A stretch of DNA of 64,000 bases, from the NCBI GenBank assembly GCA_023515725.1, contig JALDTO010000164.1:62001-126000 (forward strand). Direction: 5' to 3'. Positions 24,995-38,781 of the stretch are shown piece after piece (position 1 is the first letter of the stretch; each line of letters opens with the position of its first letter). The stretch is from Amoeboaphelidium protococcarum X5. Taxonomy: Eukaryota > Fungi > Aphelidiomycota. The notes under the pieces were generated by a model. The model ran no database searches, was not told where the DNA came from, and saw only the letters and a list, made by a program, of their open reading frames with translations. Both the position numbers and the translations under genes were made by a program.

Positions 24995-27900
24995 ATGTAA
25001 AGTGAAAGTGGAACGCCGTATAGTATAGCTCATTGTGATGTGGTGCTGAGACTAGTGGATAGGAACAGGTTTAGAGTGTAGTCAGAACTTCATCTGATTC
25101 CATCCTCGGGAGATTTCAAGTCTATTTAGCTCAATTTCAATCCACTCATTAAAATTGATTAGATCATAATTAATGGTGGTCGGTGTAAGAATTTCAAATT
25201 GTAATCTGTGAAAAAGAGTGCCTCTATTGATCTGCATCAATTGCTCATAGCTGAGTACAATCATCGAGAGTTGATAATCGACTGTGATGGTATCAACTTG
25301 GTTAAAGACTAGGAAACTATGGAATATGATCCTATAGTAATCAAGATTAATTATGACTTGGATTTGACTATTGGCACGTAGATTTGTGTTCAAAGCACTG
25401 AGTAATAGCTTTTATATTTATGTCATGGAAGAATGAAGAATTGTAGACTTTGGATTCCATGTATAGATAGTCAGTCTGAGCGTTATACATGGAATATCAC
25501 GTTCCATTTGCCTTAGCATTTGATTGCTATATGCTCTGGTGATTCTATAGTGTTACCTCAAGATGAAGATAATACTCAGGATTAATAATCTATTGATAGA
25601 AATGAACACCCGGTCACAGGTAATGGCGATAGTGATGGATCTACTTTGAATTAAACATACAAAGCACATAGATTCAAAATAGATTCTAATGTAAGTGTAT
25701 GGGACATATCGTGGGCTATTGCGCAGTTTCAAGTCGTGTCTCTGAAGCCATTTATGAGCACTTCATCTAATCTTACAGTGGATTCTTTTGTCTTTACCAC
25801 CGGGTAATCGCATCAAGTATCTGTGGATTTAATGACGCGGATTGGTAAGGCGTATGAGTTTGTCGGATAATACATTGGTGTGTCTTGGCCATTCAAGAGC
25901 TGGAAGTTGTGTTTCCTGCCTGGTTTGGCTGAGAGTGTTCATGGTGCAGGAGTTTCATTTATCAGTCAGGATCTGCTATATGGTGATCGTGACATTATTG
26001 AGCAGGTGATACCTACAACTCTTAGTATTGCATATTCAATTTGCTATCAGTGGTTTGGCGTTTACGCGTATGCTACATAGCTGAGGGATCGGTGGGTAGT
26101 TGAAGGTATTTGTGGATACGTTGCCATGTTGCATATCAAGGCAGTCTTTGGGTAGAATGAATACAAGTACCGAGTATGTGAAGATATGAAATACGTGGCC
26201 GATAATGATTTTGAGCGATTACCTTGCTGTCCGAAATAGGATGTGTTGGAGTTCAGTGATGATTTTTATCGAACTAAAGCATCAGTCGTAATGTATATGC
26301 TCGGACGCAATATTGGCCGGACCATGTTGTAGAAGGTGGTGAATCGCATAATGATTAGCGCCATATCTGGCGAGTTGGCTGAAGGTGTCAGCACTCTGAT
26401 GTTTTTGCGGCTAGTCAAAAAGACTAGTGGTAAAGATACAAAGCTATTTTCTGATCAGTGGATTTACACTGCCGGTATACCTAAAGTGGAGGCGTAGTAT
26501 TATTTTAATCGAAAGAAGAATGTTGTGGAGGTGAAGATTATGCAACAGGTAAATTAAGCACATCCTCTTTACAATGGGAGTTTAGTGATTAGAATTCATG
26601 AGCCAGATGGTACCTTTGATCATGTTGTTCGTATCGAAGATAGAGAGCATCAGTTCAATATCAATTATCACACCAAGTATAAGCGTCTGAAGGCTAATAA
26701 GAAATCTCTTCTACTTGCTGAGAAACTGGCCGAAGAGGAGCAGGAGGAGACCCTGGAATTGGCACCGCCTCCTGGATGTGAGCCAGATGAGGTAATGAAC
26801 TTGACGGATCCGGAACTTAGTGCAGAGTTGTCCAAGGCCAAATACAAAGAAACTGATGAAGAATCGCAACTGGGCACTTCTCCCATCACTTGGATCCGGA
26901 TCGACCCTGACATGGATCTGTGTTTCCGCGTTCCGTATGAGCAGACTGAATATATGAACTGCATGCAGCTGCTTAAAGACAAGGACCCGATAGCTCAGAT
27001 TGAAGCGGTATAAATGCTTGTTCAATTTCCTACTGAACGGGCCGCCGCTAATCTCCTCTTTGCTTTGACTGATGTCCGTCTATTCTATCGTGTACGAATG
27101 TAGGCTGCTCTTTCTCTGGCTCACCCCGTGCAATAGCAACTAGATCATATTGGCTATCGATATCTAATGATGGCGTTTGCTAAAAAGTTTTGCATACCAG
27201 AAAGTGGTGACGGTGACAAAGCAATGGATGGCGACTATACTCAAGTACTGATGCCCAAGAGGAATGACTTTTCTGTCGTTACAGAGTATTATGTATAGAA
27301 AGCGATTGTGGACTCCATGTCCAAGATACGGAGCGTTGATGATGGCAAGCTTTTGCCGCTTATTTGCTAACAGTTGCTCACTCTATTGAAATCTAATGAT
27401 AATTCTTCAAACTAAATCTCTGATAGCATGTATGTTGCCAATCTACTCAAAGCTCTTGGTTAATCTTTTATGAGTATAAGTGATGCATAGGATGGAACTT
27501 CTGCTATGCAAGCCAATCCACATGTCAAGTTGGATTCAGAGATGAGACTACTTGTACAAGATGCAGTTGCTGAATTGGATCGAAATCTATTTCTTGAGAC
27601 TCAAGTACCGACATACCATAATGTGGTGGCATGCGAGTGTCTGTCTGTATTGTATCGTTGGCTTTTACATGGCGATATCATAACACCAGAATTCATTACT
27701 CTGCACCCTTTCATGATCTTCAGTGCTCCAGGTAATTTCTATCGCGTACGTTTAATAGCTTTCGAGGCTCTGGTGACTTTCCGACTTTCTGATTAGACAT
27801 ATTGGGACTACATACTGGAGACTCTGCTTAGTAAGGAGGAATGTGATACTAAACTTAAACTTGGATTGCTGCAATTGATTTATCAAAAGTTCAGAGTGCT

Positions 27901-28399
27901 CCGAGGCTCTTATTACCGAGAGCTAAAGGATAGAGAATCGTAGACTAGGAAATAGAAGGCTAAAGAGGAGAAGATCAAGATTGAAGTTGAAGATATCGGG
28001 AGTGATAACAATGCTGTACAGGAGTTTTTGCGGTAGAAGAGGCAAGTGTAAGAATTCGATTAAATCAAGGCTCTGTTCAGAAATGATTTTATAATCACAG
28101 GCATAAAGCAGATAGTGAAAGAGTGCACAGATTTGTAATTGTAAATCGCGGCTCTACGAATCCTCGATGTGATGAATGTACGTGATGAAGTCGTGCTGGA
28201 GCCAATCAAAATTAAAATCCCACTCAGCTAGAAGAGTTCTGTAGCTGCAGATATGACTCCTTTATCTGCCACTGCCGACAGTTTATAATAGTCTCCTGTT
28301 CAGCTCAGTAAAGTCGCTGCCGCTGCTCCAGCGCCCACAACGAAGCCTAAACTAACTTTTAAACTCTCACTGGGTGGTTCTAACTCTAATAAATAATGA
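24995..28399 (+). CDS. TAF2: TFIID subunit 2 (M1 aminopeptidase-like fold)
   Basis: QWFG, FSDQWIY, FNRKKNVVE, IRIHEPDGTFDHVV, WIRIDPDM, DKDPIAQIEAV and LFYRVR motifs. Ends TAA-TGA. Confidence 0.92.
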
Positions 28400-28586
28400 T
28401 CTTGGTATTCTTTTTTATAATTTATAATTTCGCGCTTTATACTCTTCACCATTTTGACTTTGTGCTGTTATTACTCAGCGTGGACTGGGCAGTGATCCTT
28501 TTCATTCATTCATTGAAAGAGATTGTCCTGTGAAATTCCGTGTTTAATAATTACATTGTGTAAGAAGTGTCGAAGGAAGGGATAGT

Positions 28587-30266
28587 ATGAGTGAATAAGA
28601 GTTGACTTTTAGATAGTTATTCCATAGACAATAAGTGTCTGAAATAATGCAAAAGGGGAACTAGATTATGAATTCTTGGGCATTGAGAGATGAAGCACAG
28701 GGACAAGAGTAGTTGTAACAATGGCTGCATGGTGTGATTAGTCTCACAAGGTAACTCGGATGGTCTGAATTCATGTCACATTACCTGAGTAATCAAGTTA
28801 CTCCATTCATTGCCCAGAATCTACTGTCTAAAACTGCCAAAATGCTTTAATTGAGAATCTAGATATACTCTTTAATTAGATTACATATACCATTTGTTGA
28901 CTCGAACATCCTCTTAATGAACGCCCTTCGTAAAGATATGACTATGATGACACGGATGCAGAATGCTGACAATGGTGGTTGCAATGCTCAACTATAGACT
29001 GAGGCTAGAATGACATACTGCGTAATTTTATTAAAATCTGGTGAATAGAATTTGATTAAAGAAGCTGTAAACTTGATTGAATCTGAAAAGATTAGCTTTG
29101 GAGAGTCTTTGTAGATTATCACCTCTGTTCCATTTAGTCCTCACCTCTAATAGTTGGCTAATAATCTGATTCTGAGCACTGATGCTTCTTGTTATAGCAA
29201 TGACAATATCAGCCTCATTTGTAGATTGTGTGACTAGTACAAGATTGCTGTACCTCCATCACATCTTATTGTGGAGTGCATAAAAATTGCTGATGTTGGA
29301 ACGATGTCATTGGAATACTCTACTAAATTGGAAACACTGATGCAAGTTAGTATTCTGTAATACACTTATGACTAGATCCTATAGTTTACGAAATCTTTGA
29401 GTAGTTGTTAGTTAAGCGGTACTGCGATTCTGGGGTATAAAGTATTGCTCAACTCTGACATTGTGGATAGATTGACATTAACTTAGTATGAGTGTATACG
29501 CGATGTTGTGTAGTCCGACATTTAATAGAGCATATAGGAGATTAAGCTTTTAGATGGAGAATCATTCCATTAATTCGGTAGTTTGATAGCAGAGAATAAT
29601 ATTATTGTAAAGGTGTCTCAGTAATAGTTGAGACATTTTTTTATTAATCCAACTGTTGATTGTTAAAGTGCAGCCAATGTTATTAGTAAGCTAAAGTGTA
29701 TCCCTATAGTGACCAGGGTGGAAGATCGAGAACTATCCATCATTCATCTACAATCGCTTCTTATTAACTCCTAAAGTATTCATAATGACGAGGATATTAT
29801 TAAGGCAGTGATATCGTCTTTTATCAAGTTGTAACCATCCACAGATTAACGTCGAGTTGTATTTTAGCATCTAATGTAATAACTTGTTGACACTAATCAG
29901 AGTGATAGTGATGATGCGTATTGTCGAGATAAGATCATTTCAGCTCTAGTGTTATTGCTGTAGGATAGTAATGCTGATCGATTTATTGAAGAAGATTCGA
30001 TATTACGGTTGATCAAAGCTTGTCAGGAATTTCGACAACTTTTACAAGTGACAAGATTGTTCTATGACCCGAAAGTGGCTCTGTAATGTCCTAATACTTT
30101 ACATGCTATTCTTACCCTGTATAATGACCATATAACTCACTTAAATTAGAATCATTAATAGTAATAGTAAGTAGATGCTGTTGATATTGAGACTTTATTA
30201 ATGATGGAATGGCAAGTCTAGTAATTGAAGCAAGCTTATATTTTCACAGCTAAGTCCAAGTAATGA
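28587..30266 (+). CDS. Hypothetical helical (HEAT/ARM-like) protein, 559 aa
   Basis: 1.68-kb frame free of TGA with Leu/Ile/Gln-rich helical composition. Ends TAA-TGA. Family not recognised. Confidence 0.7.
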
Positions 30267-30342
30267 CTAAAGTTGTATAAAATCTCATGACATGGATAAG
30301 AAATAATTTGAATTGTCTATTATGATATAGAATCATAAGGTA

Positions 30343-31425
30343 TCATTAATATTTATGAGGATGGTGATGATGATTATTATCAGTCAAGATTTATTTGGCT
30401 CTGCTCTTGGCATCTTATAGATTGTCATTACTTGGATTAGATCTTTTATCGCTGGCACTTGAGTAAGAAGATCCTGAAGTGTCTTATTAAAGACTAGGAA
30501 TCTGTGATAGAATCTCATCCAGATTGAGACCATTATACACTTGATCTATATCATCCCATTCCTGTTTACTGTCCCCATCTTACGATTAATGATCATCATT
30601 AACAACACTGTCTCCATTTGCAGCAGTACTCTATATAGATTGATCCCCTTGTTATTATTATTATTATTAACTTTATTTTTCAATTACAGCCAAAAAGTCT
30701 ATAACTTGATCATCCAATTATCCAAAATCAAAGTCAAAATTTTGTTCTATATTGCCATCACTCTTGATAATATGATTGTTATTGTTATCTGCTGTTAAAC
30801 GGTCTACACCAGCTGACTATAACTATGTATCACCACATACTTAGGGCCGGGGAGAATCTTCTAGTTACTACTTGATCCCTCTTTGTAAAAGTGAATGCTA
30901 CTACTATTATTATTACTACTGTAGTAACTCTGCAGGAGATGAAGTTTTGAACAACCGCTAGAACTTGAAAGCAAACTAGTCAAATTTGAGTCTATTGCCA
31001 CCACCACTACCATCCAACCTCTACTCCAATTACTGCATTTGCTCTTACCTATCCTAATTACCTCTCGGCGTGGACAGATCTGATATGAATGTAGACTGTG
31101 TCGGTTAGGTCAACTATTATAACTGTGTCGCCGCATTAATATACGTCTTACTATTGATACTATCCAAATTCAAATTGTTATTATGATTACCATCACAACT
31201 CTATGCATTGAGTAACAATCGTTAAAGTGGATTCTTTGGAACTGCCCATTAAACCTCATCATCCTAATCACTGCTCTATCTCTATACATCCTTGTTAGGG
31301 TGAGCATATTAAACCTTTTTCTTAGACGGTGCTGCCTTATTGAAATTGTTATCACCCTCATCAGCATTATTATATCCCTCTGTATGGTCCAAACAATCCA
31401 AATTCCTGATAGGTGACCTTTTCAT
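30343..31425 (-). CDS. Hypothetical low-complexity Q/N/D-rich protein, 360 aa
   Basis: TGA-free frame MKRSPIRNLDCLDH...HHHHPHKYQ with poly-Gln encoded by TAA/TAG runs and an NLS-like PSKKK. Ends TAA-TGA. Confidence 0.7.
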
Positions 31426-32003
31426 ATAATCTTGTGAATGATGTCGTCGCTTCATTCAGATGATATATTTCGCTTTACTCCTTACAACTATGTACTCTAA
31501 GTAGATTTAAATATAGGTCAATATAGACGAAATGCGATAAGAGTACTACTGTAGAGTGAAGTACAGTACTGTAGAGTAATGAGTGAGATCTCCAGAGTTA
31601 AAACAATGATGAAACAATTCACATTTTGTTCAGAAAGAGCGCGGTCGCTTCAGAGCGATAGTCTTGTTTGATAGTGTTAATGATTCGTTTAATGTAAACA
31701 CTTGGATTAAAGCTGACATGTTTAATACCTGAGAGTACCAAATCGGAGATTTGCAATTGATATTTTGTCAATAGTTATATCTTAGAAATACACTTGGCAT
31801 TATCCACGCGTAGTTTTAAGAGCGATATAATCCATCAAGAGAACCTTCCTCAATGCAATGCGACTTGACCTGTGGCGATATAGTTTAAAAAAATAAAAAA
31901 ATAAAATAAATCAATACATTAAAGCGAAATAATAAGAAAACCATATTTGAGTGTATACTTGGTGTATTTATTCAAATAATGTCAGACATGATGGCGGCGA
32001 TGC

Positions 32004-32756
32004 TCATTACTTGCCAGCAGTGACATTGTCTGAGCTCTTTCTCAAACTCGACAATCTTCTCTTCTTGTGCAGCTCTGCCTTCTTCTACTTCTATTCAGCG
32101 ACTCTCTTTGCCAACAGTTTAGCATAATCTGCAGCATCATCACGAGACTTTTGGATGGCGCGAATCTTAAGTGCCTGTCGACGACGCTTACGCTGCAGAG
32201 TCAGAGGAGTGACAAGACGCTGAATCTTTGGAGCCTTTGTGCGTTCCTTCTTACCCTCCTCCTTGGCAGGGATCTTACGACGGATGACGTAGTGACGAAC
32301 ATCATCATCCTTGGTCAAGTTGAACATCTTACGAATGTGGTTGGCACGCTTTGGACCCAAGCGAAGAGGAACCTAACCATCAGTCAGACCAGGCAAGTCG
32401 TTCTCACCCTGCTTCACAACGACCAGAGACAAGGCGGACATGTCATTGCCAACGATGCAACCGCGCACAGACTTACGCTTTCTCTCACCGTGACGACGTG
32501 GACGGTAGCAAGAGTGGCCCTCGCTCAATAGCAAACGGACACGGTGTGGCAGTAGAACACCCTGCTTCATAGGGAAACCTTGCTTGTCGTTACCTCCGGT
32601 GATCTTAAACACGTATCCCTTAAATTCATCACCTAGAGCATCAGCCTCCACCTCAGCGGAAATACGCTTATCGTAGAAAATACGCAGCTTACGCTCGTCG
32701 TCAATCTCGTAACTCTTCTAAAGTCCAGTACTTGGATTAGCGATATTCAATTTCAT
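32004..32756 (-). CDS. RPS6: 40S ribosomal protein S6 (eS6)
   Basis: [12 protein letters not shown](TAG=Q)[11 protein letters not shown]...[14 protein letters not shown]...[11 protein letters not shown]...[11 protein letters not shown]. Ends TAA-TGA. Confidence 0.98.
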
Positions 32757-33272
32757 CGTGTATAATATATTTCAAATGTATTAAAGAATTCCAAAATCCT
32801 ACTTTAATTATATTATTATAGCGTGATGACACTAATATAAAGCAGAGTTTTGATGTTCTTTACTGTTAAACTGCGCTGGACACGCGAGAAAAAGTTTTGA
32901 GCCAACGCGATCAGATCAATTCTCAACCTTAACCGACCGCGCTTTAATTGATTGGCTTTGCCTCACAGTAGTCGCACATGAAATTGTGTGCTGGTATTTT
33001 ATGACTATGCGATAATCCTTACATGGAATGATTTAACCTCATTTGAGTTTCGCTGTTCAATTTACGCTCATCTTCAGAATCAAAAAATGCTACATCTCAA
33101 ATAAGGATTCGATTTGTGCACACGCGTCACTGCAATGCTCCCTCTTGATTGGCCATGGGACTTACTCACCCGAGGAACCAGGTGGTATTATATCAGTAGT
33201 TTATTCGCTTTTTTAGACATTTTTTTTCTTCTCCTAGTGGATTAGATTTTGGTATTATTTAGTAGAATATAG

Positions 33273-34508
33273 ATGAGTGTCTTGTATGTCAGCATTTTAA
33301 TAGTCGCGCTTTTAATTTTACCTTCTTATTAGAGCATGCAATTGGGCTGCGGTCAGACGAATGGCATCTCGTGTGATCCTGGCTATTGTTGTAGCTCTCG
33401 CGGCTACTGTGGGATTACCGCGGGTCATTGTGGCCGGGGATGTTAGTCCATCTTTGGATCATGCTGGCCTGATGAGAACACGTCTTAAAATCCATAACCA
33501 ACACCTGAAACATCATCGCTGCAGTAAGAATAGCCTGTGGAATTTCAGCAGCCCAAGAAATCCTTCCTGAGACGTATATTCTCCAAGACGGAGAAGGCTG
33601 ATGCACGCGTAGGGAGGCCGGCTACATGTGGTCAGATGAATGGCTAATCTTGTGGCGAAGGCGATTGTTGCAGCTCTAACGGGAACTGTGGTAAGACTCA
33701 GGGTCACTGTGGCGCAGGATGCTAATCTACGTTTGGCCTATGCTGGAGTCTGAATGAGGTTAAACGTTAGACGGAGAAGATAAAGAATCATGGCGTCCGT
33801 ATTCCTTATTATGACATTTGGAAAGAGCCCGACTTGGTTAAGACTGCTAAGAAATCTTAGTTTGGAGATGCTGTTCAATTTTCATTACCAGAGGATGATG
33901 CATATTTTCCTCAGACTTATAAACCGCGCACGATGATCCCGATGCTTCCATACGTGGCTCCATGTTAATTCGTATGCAACAAGGTCAAGAATAAAGCTTA
34001 TCACGGACTGGTGACTAGCGACATTGGATTAGTGGCCTAAGCTTATCTTAATGCTGTAAATGGCCTACCTTCTGTCGGTAAAGAAGCTTTGATTCATGGC
34101 GCGAATCTCGTGGCACTTACAGCCGTTATCACCGCCAAACAATGCATGGGCATTGTAGCTCTAGGGGCTTTCAACGCCTTGGCACCTGTTATTGCCGCCC
34201 CGCATTTACTTATGGTTGCTCAAATCAGTGGCCCCAATTCTATTGATTATTTGCGCATCATCCACGCATGTGAGATTTATTTAAAGAAGAGAGTTGGTAA
34301 GAAGGCATTGCAGGAGCTGGCTGAAATTGGCAGGTACCGCAATCACGGCGGAGTTCCATTTCAAATGTGGTTGATGCGGCAACGCGTTTAGATTTAGATT
34401 AAAATGGAATCTAGTGGTTAGCAGTGTGTTGAGTACAAAACTGATAGAGTATAAGAGTATGGATAGATCATGGATGACTTGTTGCCTCAAGATTTTTAGA
34501 ATTAGTGA
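33273..34508 (+). CDS. Secreted protein with two hevein/CBM18 chitin-binding domains and an unrecognised C-terminal domain
   Basis: Signal peptide, then CGQTNGISCDPGYCCSSRGYCGITAGHCGRGCQSIFGSC and CGQMNGQSCGEGDCCSSNGNCGKTQGHCGAGCQSTFGLC (8 Cys each; the Gln of CQS is TAG or TAA). Ends TAG-TGA. Confidence 0.88.
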
Positions 34509-34572
34509 TTAAATGATGATAATTAAATTGATATTAACGCTAAATACCATTCATTGCACCACTATACTTGAC

Positions 34573-37500
34573 TCATTGAACTAGTGGAGCTACAAACACT
34601 TTCAACATAGGGACATCAATTTCCGACATGCTTGTGGACTTGGCTTCAGTCTCTTTGTCTTGCAACTGCTGAGGTTATTGAAATTCAGCAAATTTAACAA
34701 TCAGGCGAGGAGTTTTACACCAGCCCATGCTCAAAGGAACTATTTGATATTACAAAGGGACCAAAGAGCGCGGCATAATCTACAGCATGGATGACTTGTA
34801 TCCTGCCAGTGCAAAATTCTCATTCAAGTCAATTGACACGGCCAGAGATCGTAATTTATCAGAGTGATTATGAATCAAATACTTTAACACCATTGGTTGA
34901 TAGAGTACACTATCCAGTTTCTACTTGCACAAAACTACTTCCAACTGACTCTAAAGCTTCGGTGCTAAATTCAAGTCAATCGAAGACTGATTCCATGCGA
35001 CTGAAGTGGAATTCTCTCTCCTCCACTTGATCATTAATTACAACTGTTACAGCTAGCTATATCGCATATTTTCTAATGTGCTAATTAAAGTGATGGTCTA
35101 CTACGTACTAATTTACGAACCAGAATTGTATCCAAACACTTGGATAGAAATACCATCCGGGCCATTAGATATGTGCGCAGAGTCGATAACAAGTGGAATA
35201 ATAGAACGATTTTTCAATTGCATACGGAGATCATAAGATTTTGGATTGTCAATTTACGGGAGATTCTTATCAGTTGCCGCAATGACTATGCTAGCCAGCT
35301 TGGACACGATCGTAAACGGACTTTAAGCATTAAGCAATATAGACTCTTCCATGCTAGAAAAGCATTCAGATCCACCTTTAGCTGAGCTGATAATCTTTGC
35401 AGACACTTTCAAGTGCAATACTCTTGGCCCAGCCTTGTCTGAAAGTCTAATGTAAATCTTTTTGGACATAATTTTACCCTTTTGAATAATCCCAAGTTCT
35501 TAATCCTCAATAATTAAACCACCACTCCCTTGGTCGCTGTTGAGATATATCTAATCATCAGCGGATGGTCTGCTAGACCCCTCAATATTGATTCTAGCAC
35601 TGATACGAGTCAAGAAATCAGTCTTTTCTCCATTAACAAGACGTAATTCGACGGGATACAATTCAGATATGAACACAGGCGCCTGATGCACAACGTCAAA
35701 CTTTAATCTGGGCTGATTCAGGTTGATCTTTATACTCTACGGATCAAATTCCGTGGTATAAATGCGCTTACCCACCCGACCGGAGGACTTGATAACTCCA
35801 TACCATTCTCTGTCATAGAGATTCCTTGTTACCGCTGCAGTGCCACTATTGGTCGACTGGGTTACTTCAACTTGATGTGGATGATTGATGGATCCAATGA
35901 CATACTTGACAGCAACAACACTCAGCTGGAGTGAAGTGTCAATCTTGATCAAAAACTGAATCACATTCAATGTATCGGAAACTTACAATTTGCATTTTGC
36001 GACTCTATCATTATCGGATATATTTACCCGTTAAAGGTAAAAATCGTGCTTTTTATCAGAATAGACTTGGACATTCACAGTGGAATCATGCTTTAACTTC
36101 ACGTTATAGTCAGTCGCATTAAATTAAATTTCCACTTGCGATATTTGATATCCAGAAGAGGGTACTATCAACTGCACCGGTATGAGAGTGCCCACATATC
36201 CAATATGATGTTAGAATCCAGCTTTAATATTCAAAGGCCGTAGTAGTTATTCAGATTACACAGCTAGAACTCGCTACTACTGGCTAACAAGGTACTAGAG
36301 GCACTGTTAAATAGTGTTCTTAAACTATACATAATCTTATCCATAAGAGATCAGATCCACGTACGCTGCAAGAACCGCCGATACATCGCCTAACTGAATG
36401 GCACAATGAGCCAACATTGACTGACACTCCAATACAATCGATGACCAGCACTCTCTATGATAACTCTTGACAATTTTATCCAACAACTTCATTGCAATGT
36501 CAAATCTATTATCCATCATGTGATTTTAAGCTATAAGCTTGGCTATCATGAACCCCATTCTTGTCTATTTCCTCTTTCTAAATATATCATACGCATTCGT
36601 AAGATGATCTATAATCAGCTGTCCAATATCCTCCCCCTCTCCAAAAACTTTAAAGAGCATTGATACAGCCGATGTGCTAACCTGCCTCTACCTGGATATG
36701 CGCATTTGATACAAACACAGCGCCGTCATTAAATAATAATGTCCAGAGTGCTATAAACTGATCAAGCACTCTTACTTGGATGACGCGAGAGAACGTGACT
36801 GTATTTGAGACCATTCCGATGCAAATTCCAAGCTAACAGGCACCTGAGAAATTATATAATTGACCGATACATTAGCAGCAATCTGATGCTTTGCCACAAT
36901 TGGCAACGTGATACCTCGCCGCTCCATAGACTAAACTATGCCGGCGAATAACATAAACTAAGCCCCGCACCATCCGTAATACGAACCATACTGGTCCAAT
37001 AAACCGTATCCAAAGTTCAAGTGTCGATGCAACTGAAATAGACCATCTAGCGGACTCTCACTAAAACACAAAAATCTACTAATCTTAAAGCTTAGAGAAG
37101 ACAGAATCTCATCATACTCCCTCCATCTAGATTACTTGATGGCAGCAGGCTTCTAAACAAGTTCCTTAATCAGCTAACTCAGTGCATTATAAGATTGAAT
37201 GTAATGCTGAGTCGCCAGTTCATAATCACGCATAAGCTCAGCAAAAGCACCCATCTTGTAATCGTACCTAATATTCCACAATGAAGTGATGGTAGAATTG
37301 GCAGACTTGGCGGGATTCTAAGATATTCTACCCTTCTTCTTTTTAGTCTTCTTCCCATGTTCTCTATAATAAAGAGCCGAATATTCAAGCATCGTCCGCT
37401 CCACCTGAACGATAAACTCTTGTAAATCTTACTACCGCGTCGATATAACAAAATAAGAGTGACGAAAATCAAGATTACACATCTTCTTAATATAAGCACC

Positions 37501-38150
37501 ACGCTCCTCCAGACTTTCATCATTCAAGTCTTGATCTGTTATAAGTACAACAACAAACTTCAATTATGGATAATCTGCAAGCTATTTCTTAAGAGAATTA
37601 ATCTCCAAAGTCAGCTCAGTGTCTCTAGTCGATGGATCCAGTGGATTGAAACTGATGTCCTCGTTGGTCAACCGAAAGTAAAACATTACCACAGATGGCA
37701 GCTAATCTCTGTACTTATGAATCCACTCTGGCTAAATAATTCCATCAGGATGCAGAGAACTCTGTGGATTCAATGGAGACAATCGACTGAACACTTTAGG
37801 CTATCCCTTGACTTGACTCTATTACTAAGCACCTTTTCTAACAACTGGCAACTCTTTCATATTCTACAATACTTTTAACTGGTTGACAAAATATGCTAAG
37901 CTCTAATAAATAAATATACATAATTTATACTTACTTTAGAAAGAAACATGTACCTGAATGAGGCATTCTCAGAATTAATAGTCATCTGAGGTAAAGGTGA
38001 GGGATCCATAGTTGATGCAAGTTGATTACGACTCTAATATGCAGACACAAGTCTTTTCTCAAAGTCATCACCGCCACCACTATTACCAGGGATACCCCAA
38101 ATTCCCATCAGTGGATACAGATGAGCAAGAAGGTCGGAATCGTAACTCAT
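34573..38150 (-). CDS. TRAPPC11: Trafficking protein particle complex subunit 11 (Foie gras/Gryzun)
   Basis: MSYDSDLLAHLYPLMGILG, then an intron at 37864-37934 (GTAAGT...TGTAG), then SPLNPQSSLHPDGIIQPEWIHKY, RYDYKMGAFAE, HSGHYYLMTA and C-terminal KVFVAP. Ends CAA-TGA. Confidence 0.85.
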
Positions 38151-38781
38151 GGTCTTTACTAATTATTACTAACAGCTTTAAATGGCGATAATCAGAACGC
38201 TGTGGGATAACAAAAATGGGAAACAATCGCCACTACAAAACACAGTGAGGAATAACGAGAAAGACGCGCTCGCGTGCCTGAAACCGAGAAACTCATCGCT
38301 AAATCACCAGTCACACGATCTACGGTAATGCACATTGTCTTAAGAGTGTGTGTATATATACTATGACTCCAAGATGATAGTTTTATATGATGACTTGAAT
38401 TATTAGTGTATTGTTTTACACATTAAATCTAAATCACTTGCATTTACACCATAAATCACAGTAAATCATCCCAGGTGGTCTAAACGAGTCTGGAAACAAC
38501 CAGGAAACTACACCGCGTCCCGACAGGAGTCACTGTAGGTATACTACATTGAATACTCTGCGAATCACGATCACATAATTGCACAATTTATTCTCATCGA
38601 CGTTATATGAGTCGTTCATTAAAACCGTCTTATCAAGGTCATGTAACGGGCTAATTTTATACACAACGAGTTCAGGAGTAGAGGTGTCCCTGATTTACCA
38701 ATGCTGATTGAGTTGATGCCGCGGCGGCCGACATTTTAACGATTGTCCTCAATTTTCAATCCGTCCGTAAACTATCAAAAA

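Noticed and set aside
31441-31671. 76-codon + strand ORF between the Q-rich gene and RPS6
   Set aside because: Short, no recognisable motif, and such lengths are expected by chance with a single stop codon.
38151-38781. Possible tRNA or snRNA in the larger intergenic gaps (also 32757-33272, 50669-51191, 59481-60198)
   Set aside because: No cloverleaf, A/B box or snRNA signature could be recognised by eye; tRNAscan-SE or Infernal would be needed.
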